Positions 27,324 to 35,778 of a DNA stretch of 58,415 nucleotides are shown here, piece after piece. Source of the DNA: an uncultured Bacteriovoracaceae bacterium (lineage in GTDB: Bacteria > Bdellovibrionota > Bacteriovoracia > Bacteriovoracales > Bacteriovoracaceae). How positions within the stretch are numbered: the first letter of the stretch is position 1; the number at the start of each line of letters is the position of its first letter. The stretch is taken from positions 110 to 58,524 of the forward strand of contig CAYGJN010000001.1 in assembly GCA_964350135.1 (NCBI GenBank). The letters are read 5' to 3'. The translations under genes were made by a program, and so were the position numbers. Below the pieces are notes generated by a model. That model was not told the origin of the DNA, did no database searches, and saw only the letters and a program-made list of their open reading frames with translations.

Positions 27324-29094
27324 TGTTCTTTTGGTTGGCAAACCAAACTGTGGCAAAAGTTTACTTTTCAATCGACTAACTGGTCTTCAGCAAAAAGTTG
27401 CAAACTTTCCTGGTGCAACGGTTGAAGTTAAAAAAGGCCAAATAGAAAACCAACAAATTATTGACCTTCCCGGAGTGTACTCTCTTAACCCTCTTTCACA
27501 AGATGAGGTTATCGCTACTAAAAATATCAAAGAAGCTATAACTGATAGCAATACTAAAACTCTTGTCTTTGTAGTAGACGTAAACAGGCTAGAGAGAAGT
27601 TTAAATCTTGTGATCCAAGTTTTAGAAATTGCTCAAAGATCTTCTCTACGTATTGTAGTTGCTCTTAATATGATCGATGAGGTTTTAGGTCAGAACAAAA
27701 TTTCAATTAAAAGCCTAGAAGAAAACTTAGGAATCAAAGTTATTGCTGTCTCTGCAAAAAAAAGCACAGGTCTAGACAAACTTAAAGCTTTTATCACTGG
27801 AAACGAAAGTCCAAAAAAATACGAACAGCCTGCAAAAACAGCGAGAAGTATCACTCAGGAATTTTTGGCAGAAAATCCAGGAATGGTAAAACTAGGCAAT
27901 GAACTAGACTCAATATTTCTATCAAGTTTTTTGGGAGGCTTATTCTTTCTTGTCATAATGGCCTTTTTATTCCAATCAATTTTCACATGGGCCGATCCTA
28001 TTATGGGACTAATCGAAGAGATTATTGCCTACTTAGCTGTAACAACAACAGCTTACCTTGGTGATGGAATAATAAAAGACTTTATCAACGATGCTCTTTT
28101 TGGTGGCTTTGGTTCTTTTGTCGTTTTTGTTCCTCAAATTTTTATTTTAACATTTCTTATTGGTGTTCTCGAAGATTCAGGATATTTAGCTCGGGCCGCA
28201 ATCATTTGCCATAGAATTTTTAGTATCTTTGGCCTTACAGGCAAAAGTTTTATCCCTTACCTTTCAGGTCATGCCTGCTCTATCCCTGCCATTATGGCCG
28301 CAAGAACAATTGAGTCAAAAAAGCAAAGACTTATTACAATACTAACTATTCCATTAACAGTATGCTCTGCAAGACTGCCAGTTTATGCTCTTCTTGTAAC
28401 GATACTAATTCCAGCAACACCCTATCTTGGTGGCCTAATCACTGCCCAAGGGCTTACATTTTTCGCTCTCTACGGATTTGGACTTGGGATGGCATTGATT
28501 GCAAGTGGTCTGCTTTCAAAGTTCCTTTCTTCAGAAAAAGATATTCCTTTTATATTAGAACTTCCCGCATATAGAATACCTAACTTCACTGCCCTTATAA
28601 GGAGATCTCTTACAAGCACATGGTTTTTTCTTAAAGAAGCTGGACCAATAATCTTTACTGTTACAGTTGTAGTATGGATTCTAGGCTACTTTCCTAATGG
28701 AGCGGAAAACTTGCAAAGCTCATGGTTAGCTAGTCTTGGTAAGTTTATTGAACCACTATTTACTCCAATGGGTCTAGACTGGAGGTATGGTGTTGCTATT
28801 TTGGTTTCTTTTTTAGCAAGAGAAGTTTTTGTTGGAACCTTGGGAACATTTTATAGTATTGAAGGGGCTGATGAAAATATCACTGGATTGGCAAACCAAG
28901 TTCAAGCAGACGGACTAAGTATGGCAAGTGGTGGAGCTCTTCTTATTTTTTATGCTATCGCTCTTCAGTGTATCTCAACTGTTGCGGTTATTAAAAAAGA
29001 ACTTGGAAGTCAAAAATTAGCAGCTTTGGCCTTTGCTGCCTATAATGGGGTGGCTTATCTTATTGCCATTCTTTTTTATCAGATATTTGCCTAA
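27316..29094 (+). CDS. feoB: Ferrous iron transporter FeoB (short form, 592 aa)
   Basis: G-domain VLLVGKPNCGKSLLFNRLTG, DLPG, then a polytopic membrane domain with gate motifs. Confidence 0.9.
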   Translation: MSNVLLVGKPNCGKSLLFNRLTGLQQKVANFPGATVEVKKGQIENQQIIDLPGVYSLNPLSQDEVIATKNIKEAITDSNTKTLVFVVDVNRLERSLNLVIQVLEIAQRSSLRIVVALNMIDEVLGQNKISIKSLEENLGIKVIAVSAKKSTGLDKLKAFITGNESPKKYEQPAKTARSITQEFLAENPGMVKLGNELDSIFLSSFLGGLFFLVIMAFLFQSIFTWADPIMGLIEEIIAYLAVTTTAYLGDGIIKDFINDALFGGFGSFVVFVPQIFILTFLIGVLEDSGYLARAAIICHRIFSIFGLTGKSFIPYLSGHACSIPAIMAARTIESKKQRLITILTIPLTVCSARLPVYALLVTILIPATPYLGGLITAQGLTFFALYGFGLGMALIASGLLSKFLSSEKDIPFILELPAYRIPNFTALIRRSLTSTWFFLKEAGPIIFTVTVVVWILGYFPNGAENLQSSWLASLGKFIEPLFTPMGLDWRYGVAILVSFLAREVFVGTLGTFYSIEGADENITGLANQVQADGLSMASGGALLIFYAIALQCISTVAVIKKELGSQKLAALAFAAYNGVAYLIAILFYQIFA

Positions 29095-29140
29095 TTTTTT
29101 TTAATTTGTAACAAATATCATTTTTGTTAGACTCATTAAT

Positions 29141-30166
29141 ATGAAAACTCTAATAATTGCTCTTTTATCATTTAATCTTTACTCCGCTACCGAAAAAATC
29201 ACCTTGGCTGGTGGTTGTTTTTGGTGTGTTGAGGCTGATATTGAAAAGCTTCCTGGTATTGTATCGGCCATATCAGGTTTTATGGGAGATAATAAGAAAG
29301 CGAGCTATGAAGAAGTTTCAAGTGGCAAAACAAAGCATTTAGAAGTTGTTCAAGTTATATTTGATAATAAAAAAACAACTCTTTATAAGATCCTAGAAAA
29401 ATTTTGGACAAGTATTGACCCTACAGATTCAGGTGGTCAATTTGTTGATAGAGGTAGGCAATATACAACTGCTATTTTTTATTACGACGAAAACCAAAAA
29501 AGCATTGCTCAAAAAACTAAAGACAAAATTGATAAAGCTGGAATCTTTAAAAAGGAAATCATGACCCCTATTTTAAAGGCTCAGGTCTTTTATCCTGCAC
29601 AGAAATACCATCAGGACTATTATAAAAAGAACTCTTTAAAATATAAGCTCTACCGCTTTAACTCAGGTCGTGATCAATTTATTCAAAAAGCTTGGAAAGA
29701 CAGAACTCTAAAATTTTCCTCTGAGCAACTCTATATTTCACCGTCTCAAGAAGATCTAAAAAAACAACTTACAAATCTACAATATAAAGTAACCCAGGAA
29801 GATGCTACTGAGCCCCCTTTTAAAAATAAATATTGGGATAATAAAAAGAAAGGGATTTATGTAGATATCGTTTCCGGAGAACCCCTGTTTAGTTCTACAG
29901 ACAAATTCAAATCAGGTACAGGATGGCCTTCATTTACTAAACCAATAGACCCTAATGGGATTTCAGAACATATAGATATAAGCCTAGGACTTCCAAGAAC
30001 TGAGGTTAGATCATCTCTTTCAGACTCGCACCTGGGCCATGTTTTTAAGGACGGCCCTAAGCCATTAGGATTACGATACTGCATCAATTCTGCGGCACTA
30101 AAGTTTATTCCTTTAGAGCAAATGCATACTAGTAGATATAGACAGTACCTTAGTCTTTTCAGGTAA
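29141..30166 (+). CDS. msrAB: Exported bifunctional methionine sulfoxide reductase MsrA-MsrB
   Basis: Signal-peptide-like [16 protein letters not shown]. MsrA GGCFWCVE. MsrB GTGWPSF and RYCINS. Confidence 0.9.
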   Translation: MKTLIIALLSFNLYSATEKITLAGGCFWCVEADIEKLPGIVSAISGFMGDNKKASYEEVSSGKTKHLEVVQVIFDNKKTTLYKILEKFWTSIDPTDSGGQFVDRGRQYTTAIFYYDENQKSIAQKTKDKIDKAGIFKKEIMTPILKAQVFYPAQKYHQDYYKKNSLKYKLYRFNSGRDQFIQKAWKDRTLKFSSEQLYISPSQEDLKKQLTNLQYKVTQEDATEPPFKNKYWDNKKKGIYVDIVSGEPLFSSTDKFKSGTGWPSFTKPIDPNGISEHIDISLGLPRTEVRSSLSDSHLGHVFKDGPKPLGLRYCINSAALKFIPLEQMHTSRYRQYLSLFR

Positions 30167-30224
30167 TTAGCGTCTTTTTCAAACTTAATAACCTCCGACT
30201 TGAATGGAGGGTTATGATAGTAGT

Positions 30225-30614
30225 ATGAACTTAAAAGTGCTGATAGTTGATGACAACCAACTTATAGCTGAAAATTTAAAAGAGCTTTTTGAGCTATATG
30301 AAGTAGCTCCCAATGCAACTGTATGCTGCATGCCAAATGCTCTTGAGAAGTCTTTCAAGGAAGATGGGCCTTATGATCTCTACCTTATAGATCACCAATT
30401 TCAAAGTCTGGATGGACTTAAGGTAACTCAGAGTTTTTTAAGTAATATTCCTTCCAATGCACTTTTGATTTTTATGTCAGGAAACTGTATTAAATCTAAA
30501 GTAGAAAGTTTTCCTCACCCTCATAAAATTTTTCTACTTAAGCCATTTCAAATGGATGAAGTTATTAAAGTAATTGAAGAACATATGGACAATATTGGAA
30601 AAGCAGCTGGTTAA
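30225..30614 (+). CDS. Stand-alone response-regulator receiver (CheY-like)
   Basis: MNLKVLIVDDNQ, phospho-acceptor context DLYLIDHQ, and LLKPF. Start chosen at ATG 30225 (ggaggg 12 nt upstream). The ORF-track start is 30204. Confidence 0.75.
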   Translation: MNLKVLIVDDNQLIAENLKELFELYEVAPNATVCCMPNALEKSFKEDGPYDLYLIDHQFQSLDGLKVTQSFLSNIPSNALLIFMSGNCIKSKVESFPHPHKIFLLKPFQMDEVIKVIEEHMDNIGKAAG

Positions 30615-31281
30615 AATATTATTTCAAGATGAGCATTATATAGCTGTTGATAAACCTAGCGGCTTACTTGTACATCCTTATAAAAAAGAAACTAATGAAA
30701 AAGAGAATTTAATGAAACTAGTTAAGGAACGGACTGGTCATTATCTCTACCCTATTCATCGAATAGACAGACCAGTTTCAGGTATTGTTATTTTTGGTCT
30801 TTCAAGTGAGGCTACGTCTAAAATTAATAGTATTTGGCATAATGAAAGCACCTCTAAAAAATATATTGCTCTTGCTAGAGGTGAAGTTTGTGAAATGATA
30901 ATAGATTTTCCTTTAAATAATGATAAAAAACAAAAACAAGATGCTCTTACTTATATTTCTCCTCTGTCTCTATTACCAAAAGCAACACTTCTCAGTGCTA
31001 AGATATCAACAGGCCGAAAGCATCAAATTAGGAGACATCTATCAAGAAGAATGCATCAAGTTATTGGGGACACTGCACATGGAAAAGGAAAGATAAATCA
31101 ATTTTACCGGGATACTTATAATTTACAGAGAATCTTTTTACATGCTTCAAAATTAGAGTTTGTTCACCCTTACAATAATCAAAAAATTTCTATTTTTTCT
31201 CCAATGCCCACAGAGCTTCGAGAAGTTTTGACCAAAATAAGAAATGATCTTGATTTAGAATCTCTTGAGAAGAGCATCTAG
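30574..31281 (+). CDS. RluA-family pseudouridine synthase without S4 domain (TruC-like)
   Basis: HRIDRPVSGIVIF catalytic Asp motif and GRKHQIRRHL. Start uncertain (TTG at 30595 would shorten the overlap). Confidence 0.75.
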   Translation: MKNIWTILEKQLVKILFQDEHYIAVDKPSGLLVHPYKKETNEKENLMKLVKERTGHYLYPIHRIDRPVSGIVIFGLSSEATSKINSIWHNESTSKKYIALARGEVCEMIIDFPLNNDKKQKQDALTYISPLSLLPKATLLSAKISTGRKHQIRRHLSRRMHQVIGDTAHGKGKINQFYRDTYNLQRIFLHASKLEFVHPYNNQKISIFSPMPTELREVLTKIRNDLDLESLEKSI

Positions 31282-32607
31282 AGGCTTTTTAAAATTACCT
31301 TTATTATAATCATTTAAAAAAGTCGTCTTTAAATCAGCAAGTCCATTAAATTGATTGTAGTAAATATGATCTGCTGTTCTTAATGCTAAAATAAAAAGAG
31401 CACTTAGTGGATTTACTCTTGTTGCTTGCAGACCTCGAGGAAATCCACCTCCGTCAGGTCTTTCATGATGCTCATAAATAATATGGTAAACATCTTGAGG
31501 GAGATCTTTCATTCCTTCAACTAATTTTGCTCCTTCCTCAGGATGGTAGAGCACATGCTGTTTTCCCATACTATCCAAATTCTTGAATTTTTTATCGTCT
31601 TTATTTAGGATTTCTGAAAAAGTTGGTTCCTTTAAAGTAATATCATGTAGTAATGATGCATAAGAAAGTTTATCGAGAGTTAAATGATTCGCATGTCCCA
31701 ACTCATCAGCGATCATATAAGAAATATGAAGTGTGATCATTGAGTGTGATACTAAATACCCCTGCCCGGCCAAGAACTTCTCCAACAAACCTTTTAAATC
31801 TTTATTATTAAAAAATTTCTCTTTGCAAACCTCTACCGACTTTGAGACTAGTGCAATCTGTTGGTCACTTACCCCAAACTGGTGAAACCCTTCGTAAAAA
31901 TAACTAAGGGCATCTGAAGTTGCACTTATGGCGGATTCTGCATCTGAAGCTTGATTTAATTTTTCATTAATACTCAAGGTCATTTGATTTGTTATTTTTT
32001 GATAATCACTTGCTCTTAAATATAGATAATCGCCACCTTTTTTTTCATATTTTTCAAAATCTGTCTCTGAAAGTAAATCATCCTCAGAGAACAGTTTTAA
32101 AAACTTATTTTCTGAAAGTTTTACGTAAACAGCAATATTGCCCTTAATATGTTTTTTGAAAATATTGATTTTAATTCTACGATAACCTTCTTCTTTTTCT
32201 TGATAAGTTAAATCATTGCTTTTTAGATTTCCGGTCATGGAAAACATTGTCTCAACAGTTTCAAGCAGGATTTCGGTATCTATGGGCTTACTCAAGAAGT
32301 AGTCTAAATTAGAAGCCTCATCAAAGCCTTCAAGGTCAGTATAGTCTTCTAGAAAGCCACCGGTTAAAAAAGCAAATGGAACTCGGTTCTTTTGATTTTT
32401 ATTATGATTATATAAAATGGCCCCATTACCATTAGGCATCGTATAGTCTGAAATAATAATATCAATGGATATGTCAGATTCTAATAACTCAACGGCCTGA
32501 TTGCCACTCTCAGCCTTTATCACTTCACAGCTAAGCTCACCTAGTAATAAAGTCTCAACAAGCTCCAGGATCTCAATTTCGTCGTCTACAAGTAATATTT
32601 TCTTCAA
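31255..32607 (-). CDS. Response regulator with C-terminal HD-GYP domain (c-di-GMP phosphodiesterase type)
   Basis: Receiver KILLVDDEIEILE...IIISDYTMP. HD (SLLHDITL) and HHERPDGGGFPRGL. Confidence 0.85.
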   Translation of the reverse strand: MKKILLVDDEIEILELVETLLLGELSCEVIKAESGNQAVELLESDISIDIIISDYTMPNGNGAILYNHNKNQKNRVPFAFLTGGFLEDYTDLEGFDEASNLDYFLSKPIDTEILLETVETMFSMTGNLKSNDLTYQEKEEGYRRIKINIFKKHIKGNIAVYVKLSENKFLKLFSEDDLLSETDFEKYEKKGGDYLYLRASDYQKITNQMTLSINEKLNQASDAESAISATSDALSYFYEGFHQFGVSDQQIALVSKSVEVCKEKFFNNKDLKGLLEKFLAGQGYLVSHSMITLHISYMIADELGHANHLTLDKLSYASLLHDITLKEPTFSEILNKDDKKFKNLDSMGKQHVLYHPEEGAKLVEGMKDLPQDVYHIIYEHHERPDGGGFPRGLQATRVNPLSALFILALRTADHIYYNQFNGLADLKTTFLNDYNKGNFKKPLDALLKRF

Positions 32608-32796
32608 GTTTTATCACCGTTTTAAAGGTTTAATTATATCCCAAAACAATTCCAGATAGTTACAGAATTTATTAGATATTTTTAACTAATCCTCTAATGA
32701 TTAATTTTAATATGCGCTCAAAGTGTAAATAACTTAGACAGTATCTAAACATTGTACACTTTAGAGGCTGTTTCTTGAGTGAATCAATCCGTTACT

Positions 32797-32812
32797 TGGC
32801 ATCACTGTTGCA
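32797..32812 (+). promoter_or_regulatory. Sigma-54 (-24/-12) promoter TGGCAT-N5-TTGCA
   Basis: tggcatcactgttgca: GG at 32798-32799 and GC at 32810-32811, exactly 12 nt apart as in the TGGCAC-N5-TTGC consensus. It lies 32 nt upstream of ATG 32844. Confidence 0.6.
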
Positions 32813-32843
32813 AATTAATACTTGAGTAACTTTGGAGAATTTT

Positions 32844-33227
32844 ATGAAAAGCATTTTTACATTTTTAATTTTAACAAGTTTAACCTTTAGCCTTGCTCTT
32901 GCAAAATCTGTAAAGGAAGGCGAGCTTAGATGTCGTACCGAGAATAGTGAAAAACAGTTCTCAATCAAGGGTACTCAGTTTACTTTTCATTCTGCCCCAA
33001 AATCTAATTCATTTAATTCTAAAAGAGATATGGCAGCGAGTGGAATTGTAAAATCAAAACTACTTCCAACTGGAGCCATTGAGAAACGAGTTACAGATAA
33101 AGGTCATCGATATAAGGTGTTTATCGCTAACCAAAATAAACTTGACTCAATTAACGACTACCTAACAGTTGAAATGGTTGGATCAAGTCATAAAATGTCT
33201 TATCCAATTCATTGTGAATGGAAATAA
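32844..33227 (+). CDS. Small secreted protein of unknown function (two Cys)
   Basis: ATG 32844 preceded by ggag (32834-32837). Signal peptide MKSIFTFLILTSLTFSLALA. The ORF-track TTG start is 32832. Confidence 0.6.
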   Translation: MKSIFTFLILTSLTFSLALAKSVKEGELRCRTENSEKQFSIKGTQFTFHSAPKSNSFNSKRDMAASGIVKSKLLPTGAIEKRVTDKGHRYKVFIANQNKLDSINDYLTVEMVGSSHKMSYPIHCEWK

Positions 33228-34019
33228 TTACTTATTCCAACGGATATCTTTGATACCTGGTAGCTCTCCTGCTTCTGGAATTTGGAAGTTTTCGCAACCT
33301 TGAATCGCAATTGTATCTTCAGACCTAACAATAATTTTATCTGCCAAAGGCGCAAACTCACTGTAAAGAATATTAAACTGTGAGTTAAAAAGGGCTATTG
33401 AAATTTGATACTCTCCCTCAAGTGACATTCCCCCATTAAAATGTAGTGGAATAAAACCTGCTGTTTCAAACTTTCCAGTTAAGCCTCTATCTCTTTGGGC
33501 CAAAAGAAGAGATTGCTCAGATCTTGCAGGATTACTTCTTATATCTAAATCATCTATACGAAAGCGGTGATCAAAGGCAGGGCATGGAAACCTTCTAAAC
33601 CTCTCTGACATACTTGCAGCTGCATAGTAAACCATAAACTGAGAAAGCCCACCGTGGGAAAAACGCATTCCTTTATCAGTTCTTACTCTAAAAGGAACAA
33701 CATACATCCCAAGTGAATTATTACTGTTAGAGCTAGTGCTCTTAGTAATTTTTACGAGCCAAGAATCAATTTTATTTTTTTCGTAGAGCTCTCTAAAGTT
33801 TTCTTCTTTTAATTTGGGTAATTGAAATTTCACAATAAAGCCTTTAGAGACTTTTTGCTTAATTCGATTTCTTCCTACAACCCATGTCAGTTCATCTGCT
33901 TTTTCGATTTCAAGCCCTGATGTATCAATAAGAATCGAGTTACCTTTTTTAATAAAGATTTCTTTCTCTTCACAACCAACAATTAAAACAAGAAATACTA
34001 ACGAAATTATTTTGATCAT
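33228..34019 (-). CDS. Lipoprotein of unknown function
   Basis: Lipobox LIVGC. 4-nt overlap with the upstream manA-like gene. Confidence 0.6.
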   Translation of the reverse strand: MIKIISLVFLVLIVGCEEKEIFIKKGNSILIDTSGLEIEKADELTWVVGRNRIKQKVSKGFIVKFQLPKLKEENFRELYEKNKIDSWLVKITKSTSSNSNNSLGMYVVPFRVRTDKGMRFSHGGLSQFMVYYAAASMSERFRRFPCPAFDHRFRIDDLDIRSNPARSEQSLLLAQRDRGLTGKFETAGFIPLHFNGGMSLEGEYQISIALFNSQFNILYSEFAPLADKIIVRSEDTIAIQGCENFQIPEAGELPGIKDIRWNK

Positions 34020-34906
34020 TTTACTACCACTATATTGTTTTTACCTTTATTACTTAAAAGATACTCACCTGGCTCTGATAAGAGACAAGATGAATAAGAT
34101 GAGAGGCTTAGCTGCTTATGGCCTTTAATATTGATAGGCTCTAACAAGTTTATAATCAAAAGGGGCCTAGAACTTACAGAAAGGCTTAATACATCTTCAA
34201 ATGAAAAGTTCTCAACATTAAAGCTCTCATGAGAGAGAAGAACTCTTGTGCTACTAAATGCATCCCTAAAAAGAAGCTTAGAGCTTAAATCGTTAAACTC
34301 CTTTGAAAATTGGATACAATCTAGTCCTTTTTCAATATGTAACTCTCTTTTAGGCTCTCTATTCCAATCCCAAACCCTATAAGTTATATCAGAACTTTCT
34401 TGAATCTCTAGAAGGGTTATCCCTTTTCCAATGGCATGAATTGTCCCAGCAGGTATATAGTAAAAATCGCCTTTTTTAACTTCCACTTCTTGCAAGGCCA
34501 ACTCTAGATGATCACCTGCTTTGATAAGCTCAGTTAATTTATCTCTTTGGATATTATCCTTAAGGCCCATATAAAGTTTAGCCCCAGGCTCATGATCTAA
34601 AATTAGCCAGCACTCATCTTTGCCATTTCCATTTTCAAACTTTTGAGCAAGTTCTTTGTTGGGGTGAACCTGAATTGAGAGATTATCAGATGTAGATATA
34701 AATTTTACGAGAAAGTCATTAAGGTTAAGCTCTTTTTTTTCTTTGAGCTCCCTTAAACTTCCCCTTTCTGTTAATGAGCTCTTCTGAGGTATTAAAGAGT
34801 ATTCCCAAGTTTCACCAATAGGCTGATTTTCTTTAAGCCCTTTTACCTGGGCCAAAAACTGGTTTCCCCAGCCCTTAAACTCGATATATGGAGTCAGTGA
34901 AAACAA
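34016..34906 (-). CDS. manA: Type I mannose-6-phosphate isomerase (cupin)
   Basis: IGETWEYS, LSIQVHPNKELA, DECWLIL, IPAGTIHAIGKG. Confidence 0.8.
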   Translation of the reverse strand: MFSLTPYIEFKGWGNQFLAQVKGLKENQPIGETWEYSLIPQKSSLTERGSLRELKEKKELNLNDFLVKFISTSDNLSIQVHPNKELAQKFENGNGKDECWLILDHEPGAKLYMGLKDNIQRDKLTELIKAGDHLELALQEVEVKKGDFYYIPAGTIHAIGKGITLLEIQESSDITYRVWDWNREPKRELHIEKGLDCIQFSKEFNDLSSKLLFRDAFSSTRVLLSHESFNVENFSFEDVLSLSVSSRPLLIINLLEPINIKGHKQLSLSSYSSCLLSEPGEYLLSNKGKNNIVVVK

Positions 34907-35025
34907 AATAGCTCCTTTTTAATGATTGTCTCACTTAATTGGCACTCGCGCAACGAATCAGGCCTTCCAAGCTCTTCCAAGTACTTGAAATTCCTGAAGT
35001 TTAATCTCGGGCTTAAAATAGATAA

Positions 35026-35721
35026 ATGAGTAAGAAGATTAAAGTAGGCGTATTTCCATTGAGAAATATTATCCTCTACCCTCACACTGTATTGCCCTTG
35101 ATTATCAACGATGAGGGCTATCAACGAATGCTCAAAGACTCCATTGAGCAGAACTTCCCTATAGCTGTAGGGCTTGGGGATACTATTTTGTTGGGTGATC
35201 CAAGTAGGCCATCTCCATATTTAAGACCTAGAGAAACCCTGGGACTTGGGTTAGCAAATATTCTTGAAACCTATGAAGACGGATCTCAATACGTGATATT
35301 TCAAGGTATAGGCAAAATAAGACTTGAAGGAATTGTTCACCAGGAGCCTTACCTTCTTTGTCATGGTGAGGTTATTTATGACCAAGAGCCAAGTCAGGTT
35401 GCCTTGCTCAATAATCCTATCAAAAGACTTGAGTCCTTATTGTTTACTTGGCTAAGGCATAATGTTGATGACTATGATCATCTTAACTCTATGCTCACAA
35501 CTATTAAGACTGCCAATCAGATAGTTGATTATATTTGTGCTTTTCTTGTACAAGATAATGATCTCAAACAAATACTTCTTGAAAGTCGCTCTTTAAGCGA
35601 AAGGATTGCTTTACTAGACGCACTACTACCTAAAAATTATCATAACCGCGAAAGCCCTTATGTTGGGGAGCTTATTAAAGCTTATGAGTTTGATAATCGG
35701 GCCACAGGTACAGATAACTAA
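35026..35721 (+). CDS. Stand-alone Lon N-terminal (LON substrate-binding) domain protein
   Basis: VGVFPLRNIILYPHTVLPLII start typical of the Lon N-domain. No AAA+ or protease part. Confidence 0.7.
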   Translation: MSKKIKVGVFPLRNIILYPHTVLPLIINDEGYQRMLKDSIEQNFPIAVGLGDTILLGDPSRPSPYLRPRETLGLGLANILETYEDGSQYVIFQGIGKIRLEGIVHQEPYLLCHGEVIYDQEPSQVALLNNPIKRLESLLFTWLRHNVDDYDHLNSMLTTIKTANQIVDYICAFLVQDNDLKQILLESRSLSERIALLDALLPKNYHNRESPYVGELIKAYEFDNRATGTDN

Positions 35722-35778
35722 TTCTTTCAAAACTTCTCTGCCTTTGTTAGATTAATGCCTATATCAAAAGGCATTATC

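Noticed and set aside
27086-27346. 86-aa minus-strand ORF covering feoA
   Set aside because: It is antisense to feoA, which is supported by family resemblance and by its 8-nt coupling to feoB.
34940-34945. TGGCAC hexamer upstream of the Lon-N gene (possible sigma-54 -24 element)
   Set aside because: No GC dinucleotide lies at the required 12-nt spacing: the sequence is TGGCACTCGCGCAAC, and the -12 position reads AC.
34894-35124. 76-aa minus-strand ORF spanning the manA / Lon-N intergenic region
   Set aside because: It overlaps the 5' ends of two supported genes and would leave no promoter space. No recognisable features.
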